NCBI GenBank assembly: GCA_963924565.1
Contig: OZ004609.1
Span: forward strand, 17,546,001-17,610,000
Length of the DNA stretch: 64,000 bases
Source: Ascidiella aspersa
Taxonomy: Eukaryota
Reading direction: 5' to 3'
In this document: positions 24,301 through 36,289 of the stretch, in pieces
How positions within the stretch are numbered: the first letter of the stretch is position 1
Layout of the letters: every line of letters starts with the position of its first letter
The notes under the pieces: model-generated
What the model saw: the letters and a program-made list of their open reading frames with translations, nothing else
Told to the model about the DNA's origin: nothing
Database searches by the model: none
Made by a program: the position numbers and the translations under genes

Positions 24301-27300
24301 CACGCTGCCTCTTTTCTTCTTCTCTAGCTCTTCGCTGTTCCTCTCTCAGTCTCTTCTGCTCCTCCTTTTTGCGCTTTTCCGCCTCTTTCTCCAGCCTCTT
24401 CTCTTCCATTCGAAGCTGACGAGCGGCTTCACGCTCTTTTCGAGCTTCCTCGCGCTGCTCCTGTGATGAAAAGTAACAAGAGTGAATAACAAACAAAGAA
24501 AAGGCGTAGTTACGTTCGCTACGGCTTCGTTTGTTGATAAAATGTAAGACTCACTTTAAATTGAATATTACAATGAAAAAATGTTTTGTTAAATCACCAG
24601 TAGACCAACCTTCAACCTGGTCATTTCCTCCTGTTTTCTTTTCTTTGAAGCGATATCGGCAGCAGCTTCCACTTCCTTTTTTCTGCGTGCTCTCTCTTGT
24701 TCATCGTGCTCCCTCTTCTTGCGAAGACGTTCCTCCTCTCTGACAGCTTTCTGTTCTTCTTCCAACTTTTGGAGCTGAAATATTTGTTTGTGAGGATTTT
24801 GGCTTGCAATTTAATACTCAATAAAATATTTTTTTAGACCACGTTAAGCAGCCAATTTCTCACCCGAATGTTTTCTTCTTCCTGTCTTTTTTGCTCTTCG
24901 CGTTTCTCTTCTTCTAATCGCCTTTAAAAAACAAATTTAAGTTTAATAAGTCTAAACTAAACTCTAAAGAATAAACGAAGTCAGCAACTGATCACGAAGC
25001 ATAATATACAAAATACAAAACATTAAAGATGACTATAGGGATTTACCTTTCCTTCAATTTATGTTCTTCCTGTTGCTTCTTTTCGTTATAAAGTTGTCGA
25101 AGCCGTTTCTCACGTTCTTCTTCCTATTGTAAAATATAGCAGTGTATTACCGGTTGAACAACAAACAGAAAATAGGCTGCAATCATACGTTACCTGCTCT
25201 TTAAATCTGGTTATTTTCTCAGCTTCTTCCTCCTTTCGTCGCGCCTCTGCCTTTGCCTAAAAAATTAAGCAAAGAATTTCTGAGATTTTTAATGGAATTG
25301 CACATTTAATTTATCAAAGCCCATACAGAAGTAGGTATCATCTGTTGATGTTGAAAATGAATAAAGAGTTATTCGAAACGTTCAAAACGATACCTTCTTC
25401 TGTATGGGCTTTGATATTATTATTACGTCTTACTACAACCTCTCAACCATTATGCTCCACATGTAATTTGTTGTACGTTAGGTGCCTATTGTTTTCGCAA
25501 AACGTAACTAGTGACAAACACTGACGCTCACTCACCAGCTTTTCCCTCTGCCTCTGCACCCTGGCAGATTCCTCCTCCCTGCGGAGCGTCTTGGTGCGAT
25601 CGGCTTCGGCAATCTTTTGAATCCAGCGATCCTGGATCTTGTCCTGTTTCTCGCGGTCGGCCTTTTCCCGCATCTCGCGCAAGTGGTTTGCCCTCTTCGC
25701 ACGCTCCTCGCGTTTCCTGCACAAAGCTTCAGCGTTTAAATAATAATGCAAAGTGGTTCAAACGCTCAAGTATATTTCTATCGTTTTCTTTACGCCAATT
25801 GAATGATGCAGGGTTTCTTTAACTGGGGTCCATGGACCCCTTGGGGGTCCTTGAACTAGTTTTAGGGTGTCCATGAACTTCTAATTAAAATATTAGTGAA
25901 TATTTAAGAAGTAATCAGATTATCAAAGAAAACAGTTAAATTAAAAATAAAACGGTTTTGCACTCGATGTATTACGACTCCATTTAACTTGTTTTTCTAT
26001 TTCTGTTGTGACGTAATTTTTGAAATTATTTGCCTACTGTGGTCCACCCGAGCCAAAAAAAGATTAAGAATCCCTGGTATGATTGCAGTCAAAGCTCTGT
26101 CGTTTGACAATTGGTATCAAAGGCGCCATAAGCGGAATCTATTCTTTTTTAAAACACGAAAATAACGGGATTGTACCGTTTTTGTTCTAAAAGCTTGGCT
26201 TGCTTCTCCTCCTCGATTTTCTTTTGTCGTTCTTCTTCTTTGCGACTTTTATCCTCCATAGCTTGCTTTTTGGCCTCAAGCTCATCCTTTTGATATTCAA
26301 GAGATTTTTTTACAAAACGATCAGCGGATTAAAGTAAAACTGAAAAAATGCCAACTAGTAAAATTATTGAACGTCAGCAAAAAGCTCGTGTTGTAAAATA
26401 CAAATAATTGAACTCAAGTACCCTTTTTTATGGAGAAGAGAGCGCAGTGAATTTTCAGCCCTTTCTAATTACAAACAATATATTAGGAAAAATAAAATTA
26501 ATTAGTAAACGTGTAGTCCTTACTTTTTCTTTTTTGTAAATATAGCATGCAACACTCCGTAGCAACCGAAAAAAAAATTTTATTAGGGCTTATGTACATT
26601 ACACTGGGTACGGTTAGAAATAACTTACTTTAATTTTTTATTTTTTATTGAAAATCTGTACTCGCCTCCCTGCTGATTTTGTCGGGCGTGTTGCGAAGAA
26701 GGAAAGACTTAACGGTGTTGTTAATGTTGGAAGATGTCGGGGTCCTTGGAATCAAGGGGAAGAGCCGGGACTTGTTCGGGGTTGAACGCCCGGGGGTAAC
26801 TTTGGCACGACTGGCAGCTGTGGAGCGGTTAAGGAACGAAGTCGGCTTTTTGCTGCTGATCTTCAATTTCTGAAAAGGAGGGAAACCCTGTGCGTTACTT
26901 GATTTCATAAGAACTATTGAAAGTCAGAATAAATATTCATTACAATTCAAAATTGCCCTTAATCTACAGATCACTGGTTCACTTAAAATCAAGTATAGTG
27001 GATGTTGCAAAGTTGTAAGAAACTAGAAAAATACGTTAAAAGATATCATTAACTAGAAAAATGTAGTATATGAAAAAGTTTGACTAGTCCTGGGAGCATT
27101 ATAAAACGATTTCTGATTTATTAAGACATTGGTTAGTAAAGTTAGCATAATTTAATGTAAAAATCCAATAAAGCACTATAAACCCACAGCAGTTTACGGT
27201 GTCATGCACAAACACAGCCATAAAAGATAAAAAATACCTCACATTAGGTATTATATTTTTTTTTTTTAGTCTAATGTGAGGTTATTTTTATCTTTTTTAC

Positions 27301-30300
27301 CATAAAAGATAAAAATAACCTCACATTAGACTATATAAATATTGTTAATAGAGTAACACTTGTGTATGTTAACAGCCAATTCTTTATATTCGACAACACA
27401 TGCTGCAGGCAAAACGAAAACATATACTCTACCTTACTACGCGTAATGCTAGCTACCGCGGACGGTGTGCTGGCCCAATCAGCACTTAACTTCTGTGTAA
27501 ATGGGAAACAGAAATATCAATTATAATGCTACGGAAAGCGGTTATTCAGATAAGCAAGTTCTAAGGGAATTAACAAGTAAAACGTCACGATTTAGAAAGC
27601 GAAACAAAAGGGTGCAGACACTACATGATATTGTTCACATATACGCATTATCTACTTCTGCATTTAGTTTTACGATTGAAAAATTATTAGTTTTAGATTG
27701 AACGATTGAAGAACAAAAAGTTTACCTTTTGTTTTGGCGGGCTTGGAGTTTTCACGAGACTTCGGTTTCCCGCATTTATGGACGAGTTATGCGTCAAGAC
27801 TGCTCGACATCTTTTCTGTGCGCCAGCTAAAAAGGAAAAAGGGTTCATTTAGACGAGTGGGTGCCCGGCAACCTACAGTTGAATTTTGACTTAGCCTAGT
27901 TTTTTCGTTGTGCAAGGCAAAACAAGACTTAACGATGTACAAGGCACTACTTACAAATGTGGTTTGATAACTATAGGTTGCGTTGTTAAACGATAAAGGT
28001 CCCAGGAGTTCTGTATAAGACTTTTCATGGGCGGAACAAAAGGCAACAAATGTGATAATATTTTTAACCCTTTGACAGAAAAATAAAGAAATTGGTTTAC
28101 CGGATCTTGCAACGGGTGGGTGGTGCTTGCGAGGCTTTGGTCTAACAACAGGTTTGGCAATTTTCGGCCGAGCGATCCTTCGCTGCTCAGATCTGCTTTC
28201 TGCAATAAAAAGTTACCTTCAGGTTCAATTACATGACTTAACAAAGTTATGGAGGCGTAGCAATAGATAGACCCTGGTGGTTTGTACCTTGTTGGCATCA
28301 GGTTATCAAAAGAACACAAAAAAAACAAAATAAACGTACATTATGTAAAACGTTATTTTTTTTACGTTTCTCGACAAAAATGTGCTATATCAAAAACAAT
28401 TGTTAATTCGAAATATATATTATATTAATTTTATTAGCAATACCAACATTACCAGCATCCGGGGAGTGGTTTTTCATTTCAACAACGTCAACATCGTTTT
28501 CATCTTTTTCAGTTTCTTCCGTTTGTGATGATGTATCAGGTTCAGTGGTGTTCTCGTTAACCTACATGTGAGTTGTCGATTAGTTACATCGACAAGTGTT
28601 TTTAGACATTGACTCAATTTTAACAACGCATATTCCACGAAGCAGTTAGTCGCACTTCGGCGTATTTTATTGCTATATATACCTGCTCCACAATTTGATC
28701 AGCTGTTTCCGTTCGACGGCGCATACTCTGTCTTGTTGAAAGCCTTTTGGCAGCCAATCCACCTGTACAAAGATTGGCTTTATATAACCATAGTTACATA
28801 ACAATAATGTATTATCGCATAAATTATAAAAAAAAAATACAAAAACGGATAATAGTATGGCGTTTAGTACCGAGTACTCTGGTTGAGGCTCTTGTTGATC
28901 TTCTAACATTGCGAGATATTGACTTTTTTACGTGATTGTCCTTCTTTGCGAAGGAGTTGACCATCGCGTTGGTCAGTGATGTTGATCCTTGTTCCACGTC
29001 GCCAAAGCTGCAAAATGTGAAAAAATGATACAAATGTCAATACAATAGGCTACAATCACACGAAGGTTTAAGGCACAGTACTGGAAATATCTCGTTTGCT
29101 TGTCTACTTTTATTCATAAACAGAAAAACAAAAGAAATATTTTTCCATCTTGTTTGAATCACATCGCCTTATTATTGAAGAAAACTTAAAAGAATGAGCA
29201 ACCTGAATAAACCAACAACAAAAAATGTTTCTTAGTTCACTTACTCCTCGTCTTCATCAGATTCCGAAACAACCAGAAGAATGGAATTTGATAAATTCCT
29301 ATCATTCGGTGTTGCAGCCTGCAAAAAAACATTTTTTGACGTAAAATAGATTAAAATATGTAGTAAAAAAAGTTTGGGTATTGTATTGTAATCAACGACT
29401 AAGTACCACCGTAAAGGCAACTAAATAGCATTAGCAATGAAAAATATTTTTATATTTAATAAACACAAGTCGAAGGAAGGTTTTAATATCTAAATGGAGG
29501 AGAACAACTCGTTAATTACCAAAAAGTTATTGGCATCTTCTATGTCGATTGTCGCAGCAGAAGAGGAGCAAACAGAACTTGAAGTGTCCATAGAAACCGA
29601 ATGCTAAAGACACGTTAGGATACTTAATTTAGGCACTATTCTTTGTAATAAACGTATGTACTTTATTCATGTAATGAAACAATACCTGTAAACTCGCTTC
29701 TTCATGTAACGTAGGTTCATTTACATGCTTTGAACGCAATTCATTTATTTCAATGACGGCTATATTGTCTTTCATACTTTGAAGCTGAGAACATTCATTT
29801 TGACCTATAGTAGTTAAAAATTAATAAATGATAAGGCATGATGCTAGAAATCAACCAGCTGTTAAATGGTTTATTAAGGCCATTTATTTTATAATGTTTA
29901 TATAATTACAATACTATTATTATATAAATAAGACAATATTCCAATATTCAACCCAAGAAAAACTAACCTCCACTATTCCGCAGTGCTTTGTCCAGCATAT
30001 TATGATGATCCAAATTCTCAACAGAATCTCGCAATATTGTACTTATTTTTTTTTGGTTTGCCTTTTGTTTCTCTTTTGGTTTCTGTTTCTTTGCTGTGGG
30101 TTGAAATTATTCTATAGTTACACTTAACACATCAATAAAAAAATACTTATTTACCTGAAAAAGATTTTAAGATTGATCTCCTTGCATTTGAAGTGCCTGC
30201 AAATACAACCAGTCTTTTTGATAATAAAAATGTATTTGGATCAAAATTATTACCTTATGTTTTTTGGCTAAACCGATCCACATACATGGCAAATATTTAA

Positions 30301-33300
30301 ATTGTTTCAAAAAGAAAAGAATTAAAAAAGATGTGAACACGGTGTTATAATGAAACATGTAATAAACGTACGCCTAGTTTTTGGCTGAAGCGTTGATAAG
30401 CTGTTCAGTGACTGAAGGTCTTCTTTCAACTCCGAGTTATTTTTGACCTCAGCATCCAAACTGTCCTCAACAGCCTTGGGTTGAGCAGATACTTCCATAT
30501 CAGTTCCTTCTCTGTTTAATGGTTTAAACAGAATCTTCATTGAGTGAAAAGAATTGTAAAAAAGAGAAAAATGGCCTAACAATGATTAATTTACCTTGTG
30601 TCAAGAAAATCAGGTGAAAATAGATTTGCCTCAGTAATTTTCTTCTCGTGATATTCTATCAATGTCTGAACTTTGGGAGAGTCCTGTATATACAAAAACA
30701 TGAATAAAAACTTCACTTTGCAAAAAAACTAACTTAAGCATCAGAAATGTAGAATATTTTTTAATATATCCAAAGCAAGCATTATAATAATCAAGACAAC
30801 CAGGGTGATTATTGTCTGGAAAAGAGCAATAGTATTCCATAAAATAGGTAAATGACAGTAAAAAATATTTTCCACACCTCTAATTCGATTTGTGCATCAC
30901 CACTTTGTAATTCATCAGTTGCAGGACTTGAAATAATAAAATAACAAAAATTACTACAGATGGCTATTGTAAAATTTGAAGAACACTTTAAATTAATAAC
31001 ATTTCTTAAAAATAAATTTTATTGATTAAATTACAAAGGACTAAACAAACCTCTCCACTTCCTTAAAAGTTGTTCTCTTGTTTTTTGCATTCTTATTAGA
31101 TACAGTTGTAAGTTGTCCGATCTCCTCAAGATTTTCAGCAAGAACATTTGATTTATTGCGCATTGATCTTACAAAATTAGTTATGTTATTGAAACATTAT
31201 TTAAGTTTAAGTTTTTTATAAAAAAAATACTAATATATAAGAGTTGGAGTGTGATTACAATTTAGCCTTTCACGCAATGCAATGAACAATTTTGCAGTTA
31301 TATATTGTTTAAGTCTGCTGAAAAATATATTGTGGGAATGTCCTGAAGAACTAAATGGACCAAGATGCAGAACAATTAAAAATTATTAGTTAAAAAAACT
31401 TTTGGCAAAATCAAAAACCATACTTTGCAATTACTTAACTCAGGGTTTGGATTTTGCAATACCATCTCACCAAATTGAGTGCTAAACGCTCGAAGCAAGA
31501 GCTGATTAACATGCGTCTGTGCCCTTAGGCAAAATTTGGTTGTTGTTTTTGGACCCACTGGACTCTAATTGTTATTCAGTGACATATATGGTCAAAATTT
31601 ATGACTGATATTGTACACTATGGCATGTTGCCATGTAATGTGACTCTATTAAATTTGATTATAAATATCTACATTTCAAGCAATATGTTTTAAAAATTTC
31701 TCCCAATTTCTCCCCAATTTTTTGGGGGCGTTTTTCAATCTAATTTTGTGCTGCAACATGGCACACAAGTTTGCCCAAAACAGCTTATCTATGTAACCGA
31801 GTAAGAAAAGCAGACAAATGCACCCCAAGGCCCCAGTTACTACTTTAGCATGCCCCTTATGTATGCATGTCACAAAAATTTTGAGCCTTCGTCGCAACTT
31901 TTTATTGACTAATTTATTACTTAATAGTCTTATTTATCATCTAAACATGGAAATGTTAAAAAATTTCTCAGGCGAACACATCATTTAACTTCAGGGGCGC
32001 AACCAAAAAATGAAGAATTTAGGGAAAAATGCTTGTCAACAAGATTCTGTCAAGACATGTATCCGTGTAGAATGTATTTTATGAGGATTGCTCATTTTTT
32101 GGAAAATCCAGAAGTGCAATATTTCAGAATGAATAATATATACTTTTTTAACATACACAGAAAACAAAAACTACATCATAATTATTTTAACATACACAAC
32201 ATTCTAAAAAGACAAAAACAAATGTAACCAACCTCCTGAAAGTTCCATTTGAAACCTCAATGTTTGTTACTCGGGTTAATCTCTTAACTCTTGATTTTGG
32301 TTTCCTCTTTGTGTGGGGAGTTTTAGGAATATCAGTCACTGGCTTCTCCTTATTTCTGTCAAACAATAATGTTGAATATAAATATGTGTATACTGCGGGT
32401 ATGGCGCTAGATACCATTTCTTCTCCTTAAGTTTATTTTCAAATAACAAAAGAGTTTAACAAGTAATAGCAGATACATTATCGAGTATCAACAATATCTT
32501 TAAAGAATCCAGAAGTGCAATAATTCAGAATAATATATACTATTAAAATTACACCACCTTAAACTGGAATAGAAAAAAACTTTATATATATATACTTTAT
32601 TATCGTTTATGTAAACTACAATACCACACCTTATCGGTCAGTGGTAGATAACAGTTTAGTGCAACATCTGGTATTACAATGTAGCATATACAAAATAACG
32701 CAATTTGTGACACTTCTAAACTAACAAATTATTATAAAAATACTTACAAAATATCTTCCATAGTACTAAGCACGTTCTCATAGCAGGTTTCAATATATAA
32801 ATCAGTTTCCTTGTATAACTGTTGAAGATTTTCTTGTGTCTTAGCTGCCTTCTCACCAATGATCCCCATCCAATGCATTTCATTCTGCTTGAATATCTTC
32901 ACTTCATTTGTAGAGAATTCACTTTCTCTGTCCAAGTATAAAATTCAAAATTCAAAATTACAGAGGAATAGAATTTTTACTTTCATAGAGATATAACACA
33001 AAAAAACAAAATGCATCCATCTGCATCGAGTCTGCATTTCATGACACTTTTTGTAGAAATCTCTTTCAATATGTAAACATTGTATAGCTTTCCTTAAAAA
33101 CAAATATTTTTCGGACTTTCTTTTAAACTTAATATTTTTTGGTGCAAGTCTAGAATACTACCACTTTTGTTAAGTGTGGTGTGAAAACCAGTTGTCAGGA
33201 TTGAAATCGCAAACTGGGAGAATAAATCTAATAATATTAATACTTGACACACCCTAACCCAAACCCGACTCTAACTCAAATAATGTGTGTTAATTTAATA

Positions 33301-33867
33301 ATTTTTTGAATGTGTGGTAGGATTCTAAACCATTGTCGAAATTTGTGCTTCTGGTTTAAGGTGCTTTTAGCATCATACAAAGTTAACAGGCAAAATAAGT
33401 ATTTTATATTGCAAAAAGGTAGATTAACTGATGTTATTTGCAATTTTATGTCAATTATTTCAAATGACTAACTATGTTCTAGCTTTCTAGGTGTACAGTA
33501 AAATCAATATACATAACTCTCTTATACAAATAAACATAATGTGAAAAGTACTAAAGATCACTAAAAAAATTAGGGTGACTGGGTCAAAAGTGTACCCTTC
33601 TAATAAAGTGTATAGGAAAATCAGGGTAAAAACTTTATTTTATAAGGTCGTTCAATTTTGGTCTGTTGAAACAAAAACTAGCTTTGCATGTGTCTGCCAT
33701 ATTTTCCACAGTAGCAAATGAACGCCTGTAAATCAGACATATTTTTAAGATAAAAAGTTAAAGATTCACCTTGTGAACTGACTATCCAGGACTGGTAAGT
33801 ATCCACTTTTACTATCCCAAATAGAGAAGGGAAGCTGAGGATTATTTACTTTCTTATTTTGAGGCAT
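21324..33867 (-). CDS. INCENP: Inner centromere protein (chromosomal passenger complex scaffold), many small exons
   Basis: Exons 33867-33770, 32927-32748 and 32355-32233 give an N-terminus with NEMHWM..IPKTPHTKRKPK (INCENP_N-like). E/R/K-rich single-alpha-helix exons at ~22740-26290. IN-box exons 22385-22229 (NNYNMTP..DYNIQDMRSDDSTDNEDEPKKQVPKWAKG) and 21541-21324 (..NLAVIFPSKSRERYFKRTSSAHWSSP, the Aurora-B-activating TSS motif). Not every middle exon was phased. Confidence 0.93.
23860..24065 (-). repeat. tRNA-containing interspersed repeat (SINE-like), best-preserved copy; tRNA-like body 23998-23925
   Basis: Minus strand GCCTGCA TA GCTC AGTTGGTA GAGC GA CGGTC CCGGCTT GACCG GAGGTC GTGAG TTCGAAC CTCAC TGCAGGC: perfect acceptor, D and T stems with A/B boxes and a T5 run after the 3' end, but a non-canonical anticodon arm. 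Flanks are shared with the other copies. Confidence 0.85.
25312..25459. repeat. Foldback/MITE-like interspersed repeat, copy 2
   Basis: Internal inverted repeat tatcaaagcccatacagaag.aggtatc ... gatacct.cttctgtatgggctttgata; right arm shared with 3619-3730. Confidence 0.8.
25809..26076 (-). mobile_element. hAT-like MITE, family A
   Basis: Ends cagggtttctttaa ... ttaagaatccctg; near-TSD gaatgatg/gtatgatt (6/8); reverse-complement homology to 12543-12877. Confidence 0.75.
27218..27333. repeat. Direct-inverted-direct triplication of a ~30-bp unit
   Basis: Unit aaaagataaaaataacctcacattag(acta): forward 27218-27247, inverted 27267-27296, forward 27300-27333. Confidence 0.88.
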
Positions 33868-33989
33868 TATTCACCTGCAGAATTTCTATTTCTTTTCGGT
33901 TCTAAACTTGTTATTAAGTTTTCAATTTAATTTCTACAAACAAAAAGAAAACGCTCTCTGTCAACCTTAACGCTGTAACAAATAAAAAC

Positions 33990-34150
33990 AATACTTAACG
34001 GTTTTTAAATTTGTGTGGGCAGATTTAGGTTCATTTGACTGCTTTTGTATTTGGCGGTGATTGCGCTACAACAACTTCCACCATTAAACGTCGCACTTTG
34101 TCTTTATTTTTTTGTTAAAGGGGCACTAATCAGTTTACAGTTGAACTGTC
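33990..34150 (-). promoter_or_regulatory. Candidate cell-cycle promoter motifs upstream of INCENP
   Basis: MYB-like TAACGG (33996-34001) next to CHR-like TTTAAA (34004-34009); E2F-like TTTGGCGG (34050-34057). Short motifs only. Confidence 0.3.
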
Positions 34151-36289
34151 GCACAACTTTCACTGTTCGGTGTCGCTTCTTACCAGCATTTTTTCACTAA
34201 GTTGCTTTTTAGATTTTTTTCTTGAATTTTTGTTCTAAAAAATACTTAAATCTTATTTTATCAAACGTTGACACGACATAATTATAGAAAACTATCTCGT
34301 CGCTATGAAAAATTTTAAGGTTTTGACCGACAGTCGGTTTAATCTTCAACTTAGTGTGAAGGTTACTCTTCAAATGGCTAAGCGCTTAATCGATTATCCT
34401 GGGTAATGGATGTATAAGGCTTATTACCGTAGTCAAGTTTACCTGGTGCAATCTCCCGAATATGTACAATGGTAAAAAAAACATCGACTTGATCTTAAAA
34501 TGATCATCGCCGCCACATGGAATAAATCCGAATAACAAGCTTAACGACCAAATACTTAGTAAAACAAAACAAAATTAGTCACTACATAGGCTATTTAGTA
34601 AAACAAATCGATTGTTTCTATTTTCTTTGTACGGTACTAATACAATTAAATATTTCTTTTTGGGGCATGCACTAATACGAATTTGAATTAACAAACAAGG
34701 TACATAATCCTTACCACTTCGTTGATTTTCAAAATCCTAATCCATAGTATTTTATGGTCGGTTATTTTAATAATTTTTTTTCGAAATTCTATTTAATCTC
34801 TTAAAACAAAAAGTTAACAAATGATATTTTTGAATATACAAATTTTCAATTTAATATCGTCACAACTTTTGGAGATACCATTTCCCAAACCAATTCCGGC
34901 GCGCCAAGTTCGCCTACGTGGTTAATTCCCCACTACAGGGGTCACCAATCTCTTTAAACCTAAGGGCTTTTCAGTTTTAACCAGTTTGATCACGTTGAGT
35001 AAAAAATAATTATAATTAGTTTTAAAATTAATTTTATTTTAGTAGATTTTTATCCTTAACCTAGACCAAAATGATTTATCATGTTTGAACAATTGCCCAT
35101 TTGGGAAAAGGGGGATACGCCTCTCAAGTCTACCGAGGGCTCTCATGTCTGATCTCAAAAATATCTCAACAATATTTCTTTTTGTGCAACCAACGATAAA
35201 TTACTCATAAATCACTGGCTCATAGCACCCCTCTAAAAATCTCTAGTTCGCGAATTTATAAAGAAACTAACATACAAAAAACATATTTCCAGTTATTTTT
35301 TGCCGAATCTTGAAAATTGTCCAATTTTTTTAATAATTAATTATTTATGGTGGGTAATTAACACTCACAACCATGCTGTGTCAGGTCTTATTTTAATCAC
35401 CATCACATTCGAAGGTTAGGCAAATTAATACCGGAACCGTTTGCAAATACATTTTATGAACCGATCGGCGAGCTTTTTTCTCTCTGTGAACGACCACAAG
35501 CGTCTTGTTTATATTCAAAGACGGCAGCCAGACAGACGGCTTACTGCTTGATCGGGCTTGCGCGAGCGTTCTGTTGCCGTGTTAATTGGTAAGCTATTAT
35601 CCAGATCAGCTGATTTATCTGGGCCAGAAATGCACTGCCAAGTGCATATTTGTTTATGGCGCCGGCGATTTTAACTGCTGCTGGACAGCTCACACTCGCG
35701 ACTGGGTATCTCTTTTTCTTGACGGTTGAATTGTTTAAAGTTGTTTCAGTTACAACCAGACTGTTATCTAATCTAAGAAGATAAATGTATAAAAAGAAGG
35801 TTTTGACTTAGGGATGTCATGTCTGTTTTACTCGATACCGTGTGTATGTATAAAACAGCAAATCGTTATCTATTGTGGCACTTTGTTTTGTATGGTTCAA
35901 CTTGTCTCACGGTTTCTAAACAGCTACACCTTACTCAAGAAGCCAGTAAGCTTTGAGTTGTGGAACCGAACCCAGGAAATCAAAATTGTTTTGGGTGTCA
36001 GGATAGTTTAGACTAGTTTTACTGTCGTGTTTATTGGATTTGTGATCAACCAAACGATTTGGTTGGGACCCGCGGGCGGACTAGGGTCTACTCTAAATCA
36101 TAGCCTTCAAACGCAAATCAACCGTTTTATATTGAAATAGCTTCTTAATTTTATTTAGTTAGCAGTTGCGCCAATCTACAGCATACTATTATTGACTTTG
36201 AAGACCAATGCAGACCGAACGTCCTAAGGTGGTACTCATCTGATATAAACGATTGGATTTAGCTGTTTACTGAATCAAAGCAGTCAGCG

